Assembly: GCA_041738615.1 (NCBI GenBank)
Contig: JBGSPL010000002.1
Span: 10,654 to 74,653, forward strand
From: Patescibacteria group bacterium
GTDB taxonomy: Bacteria > Patescibacteriota > CPR2 > UBA1875 > CAIMLA01
Direction of reading: 5' to 3'
DNA length: 64,000 nt
Of the stretch, positions 15,221 through 23,619 are shown one piece after another. Position numbers and translations under genes: made by a program. The number at the start of each line of letters is the position of its first letter. Positions within the stretch are counted from its first letter, which is position 1. The notes below the pieces were generated by a model, which was not told the origin of the DNA, ran no database searches, and saw nothing but the letters and a program-made list of their open reading frames with translations.

Positions 15221-18058
15221 TTATTTCTGTCGTTTCTTTCCTTCCATTATATCCTTGATCTCTGCTACGGTGTCAGGTCTAAAGTTAGTAGCTCCAATCT
15301 CTGGATCTGTGGCGGCTTTGTACAGCTTGGTCATACGAGGAGCACCTTTTTTCTTTATCAGTTCGCTAGCCTGGAGGGGCGAAATATTAGAAGTGAACTC
15401 ATTTGCCAAGCCAGCCATGAGAACGTCTTGATCGCCTCCTGCTATGCTCCTGGTATCTAGCCCCCCATTTTTAATCTGATCGTTTTGGGCATCAACTTGG
15501 CCTCTCAGTTCTTTGGTTATTGGTTTGGCATAGTTTAATAGTCCACCAATTTCTGCCCCAGTAGATGCTGAAAGATCTCCATCTATCATCTTCTTTGCGG
15601 CCTTCCTTCTGAAGTCGGCAGTGACAGAATCGTTTTGACTACCAAAAATAAGTTCCTTGTGACTCTTGATGCCAAGGTTCTTCATGGCGTCACTCTTACC
15701 GATAAACTCATCAAATAGTCCCTGTGCACCCTGCTCGTTACCGTCTTTGTCAAGTACTGTGTTACCACCAAAGCGCTTCAATTCATTGGCATCCATGTCG
15801 AGTAGCCCTCGGCGCATTAGTTCTGTTGCCGCAGCCTCACGCGTATATTGGTCATGCTGTTTTCCTGTAAAAGACATAAGTTTTTCTTTTGAGGTACTTT
15901 CGTCGCCCATACCTGCGGCAGCATGGTGGGCTGCCACAGTTGCTACGTGGAGGTTATTTGCGGCCATTTGCCCTCTATTGCCGGCGACTCCTGTTGTGGC
16001 CCACGTAGAACCCGGGATGTTACTATTCGCGAGCTTATCCTGGAAGCCGAGCAGGTGGGCCTTGTCCTCTGCGGCTTGGTTCGCTCTTCTGTTTTCGAAA
16101 AAGCCCTTACCCTTACCAAGCATACGATTGACGGAGTACTTCCCTCCCACGCGGGTAGCTGCCCAGCCGGCACCTTTCAGGGCATTCCCCCCCGTAGCGC
16201 CCCAGAGTTTCTTGCCTGCGCCACTCCAGGATTTCATAATGCTGCCACCCCATTGCATAGGGAGAGTGGCAGCCATATATAGAGCAGCCGCAAAGATGAT
16301 TAGTCCTACCAAAGCACCCGTTCTGCCGGAAGAGCTGAAATCAGCAAGGGCAGCAGACGAGGTGAGGTCACTTGCTCCTTCATAACCGGCGCTGCTAGCT
16401 ATTAAGCCTCCGAGAGCAATGATTGCCATAGCGATCGGCCCCATGAACATCCACTTGAAGAATTCACTCCACCACTGCTTATACATATTGGCGGTGAATG
16501 GCATGATGTTTAGGATAAAGGCAAGCGGAGCTACTACTAGCAGGAAGCTAAGCATGACCATACGTATCAGAAGAGTAAAGAGTAGTACGATGCCACATGC
16601 GATGACTCCGAGCAGAATCACGATTACCATAATCAGTATGCCAAGGTTTGCTATAATGTCCCCCGTAGAGGGTGCGGATATGCTGAAGGAAGACAAAGTC
16701 CCTAGAATGTCTATGCCCCCAGCGAGACCTACGGCCTGGGCTTGTATCGCAGCGGTAAAGTCAAAAAAAAAGACTACGATAATCCAGCTAGCGTATGCCA
16801 TGACTATAGAAATGATGATACGGGGGATCATACGAGTAACGCCGTACTGCTCTAGGTTAATTTGCAGTACATTGGCAAAGGCAATAATAACGAGTGCCAT
16901 CACTAGCAGGGATAGTGCTACGTTCCTTACGCTGATCCATGGCCCCCGCATAGTTACCTCTTTGGCATTCCCGATATCTGCACCGACCTTGCCAACAACA
17001 AGGTCTGCAGTCCCAAGAAGCAAGGCATTGATTTGTTTCATGACAAACCCCAGGGTCGTTTCGACGCCGCTCATCACCCACTTGATAGCGTTGGAGATAG
17101 CCTTGTCTAGGGGGGAGTCAGTTTCTTGGGAAACAGTTATCCGAAACCCTGTGTACTTTTCGTCGGTATCAGGCAGTTGCTTACCGCCAATTGGAGATTT
17201 TGCCTCAGTGGTATCATTCTTGTCGGAAATTGTTACTTTTGCGTAGCCACCCTTTACGTAACTCAAGTGAAATGTTATTTCCCCAGTCAGAGTTGCAGTA
17301 CAGGAGATTTGGTCAGCTCCTCCACCCTTCATTTCTTTAGAGACGCAGTCGGCATGTTCAGAATATTTAAACTTTATCGTATAGTCGTCCTCGTAGATGC
17401 CTTTACCGCTGTTCATGGTTGGGATATCAAAAGACTGGAAATAGTATTTTCCACCTTCTTCATATACTTTCTTATTGCCAGTCGAGATCTTACCGCTCGT
17501 TTTGCTCCAAAGCTCGATCGTCCTGTCCTTCATTTGGACGGCATTGTTTTCGTTTACGCTGTCGTCAGGGATAAGCTGTCCTGTTATTTTGCCCTTTGTA
17601 ATAAGTTTTACTGGGGCCGACGCAACATCTTCGGGGTCGGAGATGGTAATTTTAACTGGCCTGCCGCCATTGCGATCTGTGTAAGTATAGGTACCGGTCA
17701 AGGGGTCCTCTGGGTCATATGCAATTATGGACCCCCATTGAGGGTTGGTTTTTTGTTCAAACTGCTCCACTAGCTGTTCATTAACATAACCATTTGAGCC
17801 GGCATTTGCCCAACCCTGGCTTAGAGCAGCGAGGCGCGGGCTTGTTATCGACAAAAACTTCGTGCCGCCACTAGGGCAATCAATTTCTTCTAGGCTGACC
17901 CAAACACAAGTAAAGCTTGATGAGCCGTCTGGAATCGCTGGTTCTTGCCCGGTGTTGTAAGTTTGAGCATGAGTAAAAAGCGGAAATACTAACGCAAACA
18001 ACAAAAAAGCACATATTTCTTTATAAAATACTGGCTTATTTGAAAACAACTTAGGCAC
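15221..18058 (-). CDS. Extended VirB6/TrbL-like polytopic membrane protein
   Basis: Signal peptide, large N-terminal domain, W..VRNVA, PRIIISIV, APLAFILNIMP..KQWWSEF core, long C-terminal tail. Confidence 0.75.
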   Translation of the reverse strand: MPKLFSNKPVFYKEICAFLLFALVFPLFTHAQTYNTGQEPAIPDGSSSFTCVWVSLEEIDCPSGGTKFLSITSPRLAALSQGWANAGSNGYVNEQLVEQFEQKTNPQWGSIIAYDPEDPLTGTYTYTDRNGGRPVKITISDPEDVASAPVKLITKGKITGQLIPDDSVNENNAVQMKDRTIELWSKTSGKISTGNKKVYEEGGKYYFQSFDIPTMNSGKGIYEDDYTIKFKYSEHADCVSKEMKGGGADQISCTATLTGEITFHLSYVKGGYAKVTISDKNDTTEAKSPIGGKQLPDTDEKYTGFRITVSQETDSPLDKAISNAIKWVMSGVETTLGFVMKQINALLLGTADLVVGKVGADIGNAKEVTMRGPWISVRNVALSLLVMALVIIAFANVLQINLEQYGVTRMIPRIIISIVMAYASWIIVVFFFDFTAAIQAQAVGLAGGIDILGTLSSFSISAPSTGDIIANLGILIMVIVILLGVIACGIVLLFTLLIRMVMLSFLLVVAPLAFILNIMPFTANMYKQWWSEFFKWMFMGPIAMAIIALGGLIASSAGYEGASDLTSSAALADFSSSGRTGALVGLIIFAAALYMAATLPMQWGGSIMKSWSGAGKKLWGATGGNALKGAGWAATRVGGKYSVNRMLGKGKGFFENRRANQAAEDKAHLLGFQDKLANSNIPGSTWATTGVAGNRGQMAANNLHVATVAAHHAAAGMGDESTSKEKLMSFTGKQHDQYTREAAATELMRRGLLDMDANELKRFGGNTVLDKDGNEQGAQGLFDEFIGKSDAMKNLGIKSHKELIFGSQNDSVTADFRRKAAKKMIDGDLSASTGAEIGGLLNYAKPITKELRGQVDAQNDQIKNGGLDTRSIAGGDQDVLMAGLANEFTSNISPLQASELIKKKGAPRMTKLYKAATDPEIGATNFRPDTVAEIKDIMEGKKRQK

Positions 18059-18109
18059 CCTCCTTTGTTGAATTTATTATGAAGTATTTGATGAGCTCTT
18101 GCAAGGCTC

Positions 18110-18150
18110 AAAACGCGAAAGCGGCCACCACGGGATTCCGTGGTGGCCGC
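18110..18150 (-). terminator. Intrinsic terminator
   Basis: Perfect 13-bp stem GCGGCCACCACGG-GATT-CCGTGGTGGCCGC followed by TTTCGCGTTTT on the minus strand. Confidence 0.8.
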
Positions 18151-18171
18151 TAGGTGATGCCCGCGAAGCTG

Positions 18172-18666
18172 TTACTCGAGTATCTCTACCCATTTACCAT
18201 CGCGCTTTACGAGTGCCGAGATGCCGTGAGTCCCGTCAGCGCCGCTCCACTTGTAGACAGCCGTCGGTTCGTTGTCGACGGTGACGGTAATGCAGCGGAC
18301 CATGTCATCGGCGACCTGCTCGGCGAAACCGCCGGTGTAGAAGAAGTCCTGGATGTCGGTATCGGTCGCAGGGCGGAATTCCACGATTTCTGCGGTTGTG
18401 AATTCATGGATCTTCTGCCGTGCAAAAGGCTCGGCTTCTCGCAACAAAGCCTGCCTGTCGAGGGACTTCTTCGCCTCAGCGGCTTTGTTAGCACCAGCCT
18501 CGATTGCCTGGTTTGCCGTTTCTCCCGCTGGCTTCACGACTTCCTTGTAAAGGTAGGTCCCGAAGCCAAGTATGACGACTATGCCCACGAGGTAGACGAA
18601 CCACTTCGGGATCGCCATGGTTCCTCTGTGCTGGCTACCCGCAGGGCTTCCGTTCAAGTCGACCAT
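18172..18666 (-). CDS. Hypothetical single-pass membrane protein, GC-rich, inserted in the T4SS cluster
   Basis: GGGAGG RBS before ATG 18666 (alternative ATG 18618); own TTGCCA-17-TATTAT promoter and terminator. Confidence 0.7.
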   Translation of the reverse strand: MVDLNGSPAGSQHRGTMAIPKWFVYLVGIVVILGFGTYLYKEVVKPAGETANQAIEAGANKAAEAKKSLDRQALLREAEPFARQKIHEFTTAEIVEFRPATDTDIQDFFYTGGFAEQVADDMVRCITVTVDNEPTAVYKWSGADGTHGISALVKRDGKWVEILE

Positions 18667-18829
18667 GACAGCCTCCCTTGGTTTTGGCCCCCGCGGGGGC
18701 GGTGCTAGCGGACAATATACTTCCACGGCTACACATTTGTGAGCGCGTTGTTGCCTTGCTTGCCGCTATAATACAACAAAATTGGCGATATGGCAATGGT
18801 TTCTGTGAAGCCGGCAAACAAATTGATAA

Positions 18830-18857
18830 AATGAAAAAGCCGGCGAGCGCCGGCTTT
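18830..18857 (-). terminator. Intrinsic terminator after the pilin array
   Basis: AAAGCCGGC-GAGC-GCCGGCTTT with a T-run on the minus strand. Confidence 0.75.
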
Positions 18858-18873
18858 AAAAGAGCAGAAGTGT

Positions 18874-19227
18874 TTAGTTAGTGATTACGCCACCTATGTT
18901 CTGGCGGATAAATCCAACGATGACGAACGATAGTAGGATCACTACAAGCCCGACGACTGCGTAAAGGATGGTACTCTTTGCGGCTTCGGCACGCTTCTCG
19001 TTGCCTGACGCAGTGATGTACTGTAGGCCGCCTACAATCAGGAAGAGCACAGCTACTACAGCCGAGAATCCTAGTACCCATCCGACGATGTCAGCAAGTA
19101 CCTTCCCGATAGTCAGTGAGCTGTCGTCCACTGTTATGGGAGTGATTGAGCTTGGTGTTTCTGCAAAGGCAGGGGTTGCTGCGAGTAGAGCGAAAGCAGC
19201 CAGGCTGATTTGATTTAGTTTTTTCAT
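18874..19227 (-). CDS. TrbC/VirB2-like pilin
   Basis: Signal peptide (AFA), AVLFLIVGGLQYITASGNEKRAEAAKSTILYAVVGL. Confidence 0.88.
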   Translation of the reverse strand: MKKLNQISLAAFALLAATPAFAETPSSITPITVDDSSLTIGKVLADIVGWVLGFSAVVAVLFLIVGGLQYITASGNEKRAEAAKSTILYAVVGLVVILLSFVIVGFIRQNIGGVITN

Positions 19228-19255
19228 GTTTCCTCCGTTGTTTATATATTAACTT

Positions 19256-19642
19256 TTAGGACGCTTTTGTTATTGGTATCATGGCTTGAACTACTAGCTG
19301 CACTATCACATATGCTAGTAGTATTACTATAAGTCCCAGCACTGCGTAGGTCAAGGTTTGCTTGGCAGATTCTGCCTGCTTCTCGTTTCCTGCTGCTGTG
19401 ATGTACTGGATGCCGCCCCAAATGATGAAAAGAACTGCAATGGTTCCAGCAAATCCTAGTATCCAGGTTGTAATGTTGCTGATTATTTTGGCAAGGTCGG
19501 ACGTAGTTCCAGTCCCATCTGAGCCACAGGGTGTGATCTCACCGGTTACCCTGTTATACCCACATGCCGCCTGTGTTACTACTGGAGTAAGTGAAGTGAC
19601 ACCCCCGAGGGCAAGTAGCGACAATTTAGAGTTTAGTGACAT
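19256..19642 (-). CDS. TrbC/VirB2-like pilin
   Basis: AVLFIIWGGIQYITAAGNEKQAESAKQTLTYAVLGL. Confidence 0.88.
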   Translation of the reverse strand: MSLNSKLSLLALGGVTSLTPVVTQAACGYNRVTGEITPCGSDGTGTTSDLAKIISNITTWILGFAGTIAVLFIIWGGIQYITAAGNEKQAESAKQTLTYAVLGLIVILLAYVIVQLVVQAMIPITKAS

Positions 19643-19662
19643 GGTTTGTACCTCCTTATTGT

Positions 19663-20007
19663 TTAGTATGGCATCGAGCCGGAGAATACTGCACCAACAA
19701 AATCCCCAGCTATAATGTTTAATATTACGGTTGATAGTAGAACTGCAATTAATCCAATAATAGCATAAGTGAGGGTTTTTTTTGCATCCTCTAAACGTTT
19801 GGGGTTACCGGCAGAAGTCACTAGCTTCACGCCACCAATAACGATAAAGAGCACCGCTATAGCGCCGGCGATTCCCAGCAGCCAGGTACGAACAAATTTT
19901 AGAAATCCATCTAGGCTAGTGCCTTTGTATGTGTCTAGTTTGGCCGCGAAAGAGTAGCTGGGCATGGCTGCAACCGCAATATATAGCATTAGACTTAGCT
20001 TCTTCAT
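19663..20007 (-). CDS. TrbC/VirB2-like pilin
   Basis: AVLFIVIGGVKLVTSAGNPKRLEDAKKTLTYAIIGL. Confidence 0.88.
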   Translation of the reverse strand: MKKLSLMLYIAVAAMPSYSFAAKLDTYKGTSLDGFLKFVRTWLLGIAGAIAVLFIVIGGVKLVTSAGNPKRLEDAKKTLTYAIIGLIAVLLSTVILNIIAGDFVGAVFSGSMPY

Positions 20008-21182
20008 TATAATATCCCTCCACCAATTACCGATGCAAACAGTGAGACGATGAAGTACGAGAGGATAGTGATGAGTAATCCGATAATAGCTGCAGTTAGT
20101 ATCCCCTTTGCCTTGGTCGCCGTCTGTTCGTTTCCGTTAGATCCCATATAGGTAATCCCGCCCAAGATTATCATGATTGTGAATAGTGTTCCTACGATGG
20201 GTAGGAGGACATTATTCATAACATTCTTCACTACCTGTAATACCTCTTTCAGCTCTGTAATAGGTTTGTCGCAGGGTACGCCTGCCAGTATACCGTTGGT
20301 ATAGTAGGTTCCATCGCCTACGCCATCGCCGCACTTGGTCTCTGCATAGTCTGCAGTTTGCGTTTTTGCAGTAGCACTAGCAGAGGCCGGTCCGGAGTCG
20401 TCTTTGGGTGTGGCACCGCTACTACCGCCACTGTCACCACCATCACCACTGTCATCTTTGCCCGCATCAAGAACCTCACTGTCTTTTGGAGGAGTGTCGC
20501 CCTTTTTGCAGGATACTAGCTCTGGATTACTGAGGGTTCCAGTGTATTTGCAGCTATAGGTCGCACCAATGTCGGTGGACTTGGGGTCCCAAGCATAGTT
20601 TGAGTTAGAAAGACTTCTTCCCAGTAAAAGTGAACTTCCAGATGAAGGATTTACCCTATAAACCGTGGTCCCGGTGGAGGAATACTTCTCTAGCTTACCT
20701 TTGACTGGTCCCTTAACCTCTGGGATTGGGCAGACTGCGCAAGTACCCCCTCCCGATTTACTCCAGCTGTACACAACAAGATATCGTAAGCTCAGCTTGA
20801 AGGTTGGATTGCCACAGATAGTCTGATTAGTATATTGTTTTTGGCCTGTAGTACGAGCGTTGCCACCCAAGGACCCATTGGCTTCATAGGTAATCGTCCA
20901 TCCCACATCATTGATCTCAGGACTGTTACAGCGGTAGATTTTTTTTGTAAAGATAAAATACGACCCCTCTGTACGAGAATATATCGCACCATAGGATACG
21001 TTGCTCTTCGTTATCTTTACGACAACGTCACTTGAATTGTAACTATTTACAGGCACTTTAACAGTAACAGTGGTTTGTGTCATGACGGCGGCATTGCTTG
21101 AGCTTGGAGCCAAAATAAAACAAAACGCAATTGCAAAGTACAGCAAGATACGGTTTAGTTTTGCGTACTTTAATTCACCCAT
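20007..21182 (-). CDS. Large pilin: Cys-rich extracellular domain fused to a C-terminal VirB2-like domain
   Basis: C-terminal IILGGITYMGSNGNEQTATKAKGILTAAIIGL; signal peptide; Gly/Ser/Asp linker. Confidence 0.8.
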   Translation of the reverse strand: MGELKYAKLNRILLYFAIAFCFILAPSSSNAAVMTQTTVTVKVPVNSYNSSDVVVKITKSNVSYGAIYSRTEGSYFIFTKKIYRCNSPEINDVGWTITYEANGSLGGNARTTGQKQYTNQTICGNPTFKLSLRYLVVYSWSKSGGGTCAVCPIPEVKGPVKGKLEKYSSTGTTVYRVNPSSGSSLLLGRSLSNSNYAWDPKSTDIGATYSCKYTGTLSNPELVSCKKGDTPPKDSEVLDAGKDDSGDGGDSGGSSGATPKDDSGPASASATAKTQTADYAETKCGDGVGDGTYYTNGILAGVPCDKPITELKEVLQVVKNVMNNVLLPIVGTLFTIMIILGGITYMGSNGNEQTATKAKGILTAAIIGLLITILSYFIVSLFASVIGGGIL

Positions 21183-21547
21183 GGTACCCCCACCACATAT
21201 TGTAAAAAGAATCTACCGAGAACTATGACCGCTACTCCCGAAAGGGCTCCAAACATCAACTTCTTCGAAAGCTCTATCTGCTTACTATTACCCGCACTGC
21301 CCATATATATAATACCGGCCGCAATGAGAACTACGGTAGCGAGGAGCAAGATGGCGGTCTGTGACCAGCTAAAAACTTTTGCGATGTAGGCTGTAAGAGC
21401 CTCGTTGTCATCGGGTTTAAGGCTCTTGAAAAGTCTGAATTCTACAGTTTCTGCGAATGCGAAGTGAGGAGACAGGAGAAGAAGCAACCCGCAGGTTGTG
21501 CTGGCAAGCTTTGTGCATCTGAGTGTGGCCAGGAGTTTTCTAACCAT
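21170..21547 (-). CDS. TrbC/VirB2-like pilin
   Basis: LIAAGIIYMGSAGNSKQIELSKKLMFGALSG. Confidence 0.82.
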   Translation of the reverse strand: MVRKLLATLRCTKLASTTCGLLLLLSPHFAFAETVEFRLFKSLKPDDNEALTAYIAKVFSWSQTAILLLATVVLIAAGIIYMGSAGNSKQIELSKKLMFGALSGVAVIVLGRFFLQYVVGVPWVN

Positions 21548-21557
21548 AATTCCTCGT

Positions 21558-22019
21558 TTAGCTTACTTTGAGCTTACGTAGCTTGTTTGTCTCGGCTTTT
21601 GGCACGCGGATAGTTAGGATGCCCTTGGAAAAATCAGCCCTTGCCTCGTCAGCGAGCCCCTTCTTTGGCAATGTAATTGTACGAGAGAAAGACCCCCAGT
21701 AGCACTCTTGTGCGTGGTAAGAGCCTAGGTCTACCTCTTTGATTTCCTTGCGTTCGCCCCGGATGATGACAATCTCGTCGGTAACCGTGATGTCGATGTC
21801 GTCTCCGCCCACTCCAGCAATTGGGGCTTTGATCACGACGTCCTTAACCGTTTCATAGACATCAACGGCCAGCTGCCCGTCAAGTGCTGGCTCTTCGGGT
21901 GCCTCTACCAGGGGGCCTTCCAGCCAATCTTCGGTCAGTATATTATCCTCGAGAAAAAAGCTCTCCTCTGTAACTGGGCTTGGAGCTGTTTTTACCTTTG
22001 GTTTTGGCATCATCATCAT
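21558..22019 (-). CDS. Hsp20/alpha-crystallin small heat-shock protein
   Basis: GQLAVDVYET, ECYWGSFSRTITLP, GILTIRVPK; GGGAGG RBS before ATG 22019. Confidence 0.93.
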   Translation of the reverse strand: MMMMPKPKVKTAPSPVTEESFFLEDNILTEDWLEGPLVEAPEEPALDGQLAVDVYETVKDVVIKAPIAGVGGDDIDITVTDEIVIIRGERKEIKEVDLGSYHAQECYWGSFSRTITLPKKGLADEARADFSKGILTIRVPKAETNKLRKLKVS

Positions 22020-22114
22020 TATGTCCCCTCCCTTAGTGTATTTGTTAAATCTATTGTGCCACGGGTAAATAATAATAGCAATAGGCAAAATATCCGTAAA
22101 AGCCAACTTTTGAG

Positions 22115-22155
22115 CACGAATTAGTTCAAAACTATGCGGCCGCACAAGAATAGAC
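22115..22155 (+). repeat. Bipartite repeat copy 1
   Basis: CACGAA-N13-ATGCGGCCGCA-CAAGAATAGAC. Confidence 0.75.
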
Positions 22156-22184
22156 TGGATGCGATATGTTGTAATGTTTGGATA

Positions 22185-22231
22185 TTTAGCCACGAACCGC
22201 TCATTTGTATGCGGCCGCATATTATTAGACA
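22185..22231 (+). repeat. Bipartite repeat copy 2, overlapping the -35 of the PaaX-like gene promoter
   Basis: CACGAA-N12-ATGCGGCCGCA; 14-bp palindrome TATGCGGCCGCATA at 22208-22221; TAGACA-17-TACTAT follows. Confidence 0.85.
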
Positions 22232-22278
22232 TTTACATTATCTGGGTATACTATAGTAGCAAGCTTGGGAGGGTGTTT

Positions 22279-22839
22279 ATGGTCAGCTCGCGTACAAAGG
22301 GTCGGATTCTGACCCGTATGATACTTATGACTCTAGCAGAAGCCGGCGGAGGCCTGGTGGAGTCATTTCTCGATCCTTACGGGAGGACTAGGTTTGCGAA
22401 CCAGTTTATCGAGAAAGGCAAGATTGATCGGATGCGCATGCGCAAGAAACTACTGGCCCTGGAAAAACAGGGTTTGCTTACGGTAAGGGAAAAGAAGAAC
22501 GAGATTACAATCTCCCTAGAGGCAGCAGGATTACTGCAGGCCCATAAATACAAGATCGAAGATATGAAGCTAGCGCGTCCTGACCACTGGGATCGCAAAT
22601 GGCGTATGGTTCTCTTTGACGTTCCGGAGGAAAGCCGTTCGGTGCGTAATATCTTCAAGAAGAAGCTCGACGATTTGGCCTTTGTGCAACTTCAACATAG
22701 CGTTTACGTACACCCTTACGCTTGCCATAACGAGATCGAATACATTCGTACGGCTTATGATATAAAACAATATGTGAAGATGGTAATCGTCGACAAGATA
22801 GAGGGCGATACCGTGCTCCGTAAGCACTTCGATTTATAA
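22279..22839 (+). CDS. PaaX-like transcription regulator with a Cas2-like ferredoxin-fold domain
   Basis: wHTH-like LLALEKQGLL..ISL; WDRKWRMVLFDVPE..LQHSVYVHPY; GGGAGG RBS before ATG 22279. Confidence 0.85.
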   Translation: MVSSRTKGRILTRMILMTLAEAGGGLVESFLDPYGRTRFANQFIEKGKIDRMRMRKKLLALEKQGLLTVREKKNEITISLEAAGLLQAHKYKIEDMKLARPDHWDRKWRMVLFDVPEESRSVRNIFKKKLDDLAFVQLQHSVYVHPYACHNEIEYIRTAYDIKQYVKMVIVDKIEGDTVLRKHFDL

Positions 22840-22843
22840 CAGT

Positions 22844-22890
22844 TTTGGTCACAAATGGTCCGTTTCTATGCGGCCGCATCATATTAAACA
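22844..22890 (+). repeat. Bipartite repeat copy 3
   Basis: CACAAA-N12-ATGCGGCCGCAT; 35/47 identical to copy 2 without gaps. Confidence 0.85.
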
Positions 22891-22926
22891 ACACCGAGTG
22901 CAATTGTTGCTTTCGGGAGGTAATCC

Positions 22927-23619
22927 ATAAAAGAGCTATTTGTCTACCTTGCAGAGAATGCCGTGGAGGCGATCTTCCCCTACAAGTGTAGTTGTGGAAA
23001 GTGGGGGAAACCTCTTTGCGAAGCCTGTTTTGCTGCCATCCATGATACAAAGTCAGAGCTTTGCCCATTCTGCAAGAGGCTTTCCGACTTTGGCCGTGTG
23101 TGTAGCTCCTGCCGACATAAATCAAACCTCACAGGTGTGATGGTGGTAGGGCCGCACGATGGAGTGCTAAAGTCCTCAATATGGAGGCTCAAGTACGGCC
23201 CTTTAAAGGCAATAGCGGAGCCTCTGGCCGAAATAGTGGTCACAAAGTATGGAGAATTTCTTCGAGAGAAACGATTCGTGGTTACCTTCGCTCCGGCAAG
23301 CAAATACAGGCTAAATTTACGGGGTTATAATCAAGCAGAAGAGCTTGCAACCATAGTTGCAGGGCAGTCGGGTCTCCAGGTGCAAAGTAGCATGACAAGG
23401 CCAAAAGATGTGCTGCACCAAGTGGGACTAACTCGTAAGGAGAGGCTAGAGAACGTGGTGGGTACCATTATTTATAGTGGCCCTAGCGAGCTTGTGAGTA
23501 AAAAGATCATAGTCATCGACGATGTTTATACCACAGGCGCAACACTAGAGGAGTGCGCTAAAGTGTTACGGGCAGCCGGATATAGGGAGGTGTGGGGACT
23601 GGTGCTGAGTAGGGACTAG
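22927..23619 (+). CDS. comF: ComF family competence protein (zinc ribbon + PRTase)
   Basis: CxC/CxxC motifs, RGYNQAE, IIVIDDVYTTGATL; start is ATA 22927 (RBS-supported) or GTG 22963. Confidence 0.9.
   Translation: MKELFVYLAENAVEAIFPYKCSCGKWGKPLCEACFAAIHDTKSELCPFCKRLSDFGRVCSSCRHKSNLTGVMVVGPHDGVLKSSIWRLKYGPLKAIAEPLAEIVVTKYGEFLREKRFVVTFAPASKYRLNLRGYNQAEELATIVAGQSGLQVQSSMTRPKDVLHQVGLTRKERLENVVGTIIYSGPSELVSKKIIVIDDVYTTGATLEECAKVLRAAGYREVWGLVLSRD

Noticed and set aside
14843-17773. Long + strand ORFs opposite PrgI/VirB6 (e.g. 15666-16385, 16419-17246) and similar shadow ORFs elsewhere
   Set aside because: Antisense to well-supported genes, with no motifs or expression signals
7113-21547. Integrative conjugative element or prophage
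   Set aside because: No integrase, relaxase, att repeats or phage genes; embedded among core genes
21558-22232. ORF-track N-terminal extensions (hsp20, PaaX-like, 28220, 45183, holA, rpsT, valS, lexA)
   Set aside because: They overlap promoters, repeats or neighbouring genes; downstream starts match family N-termini and RBS or -10 signals
22105-22895. CRISPR array next to a cas2
   Set aside because: Only two adjacent, degenerate copies 75 bp apart; no cas1 or effector genes; the protein has an N-terminal wHTH like PaaX
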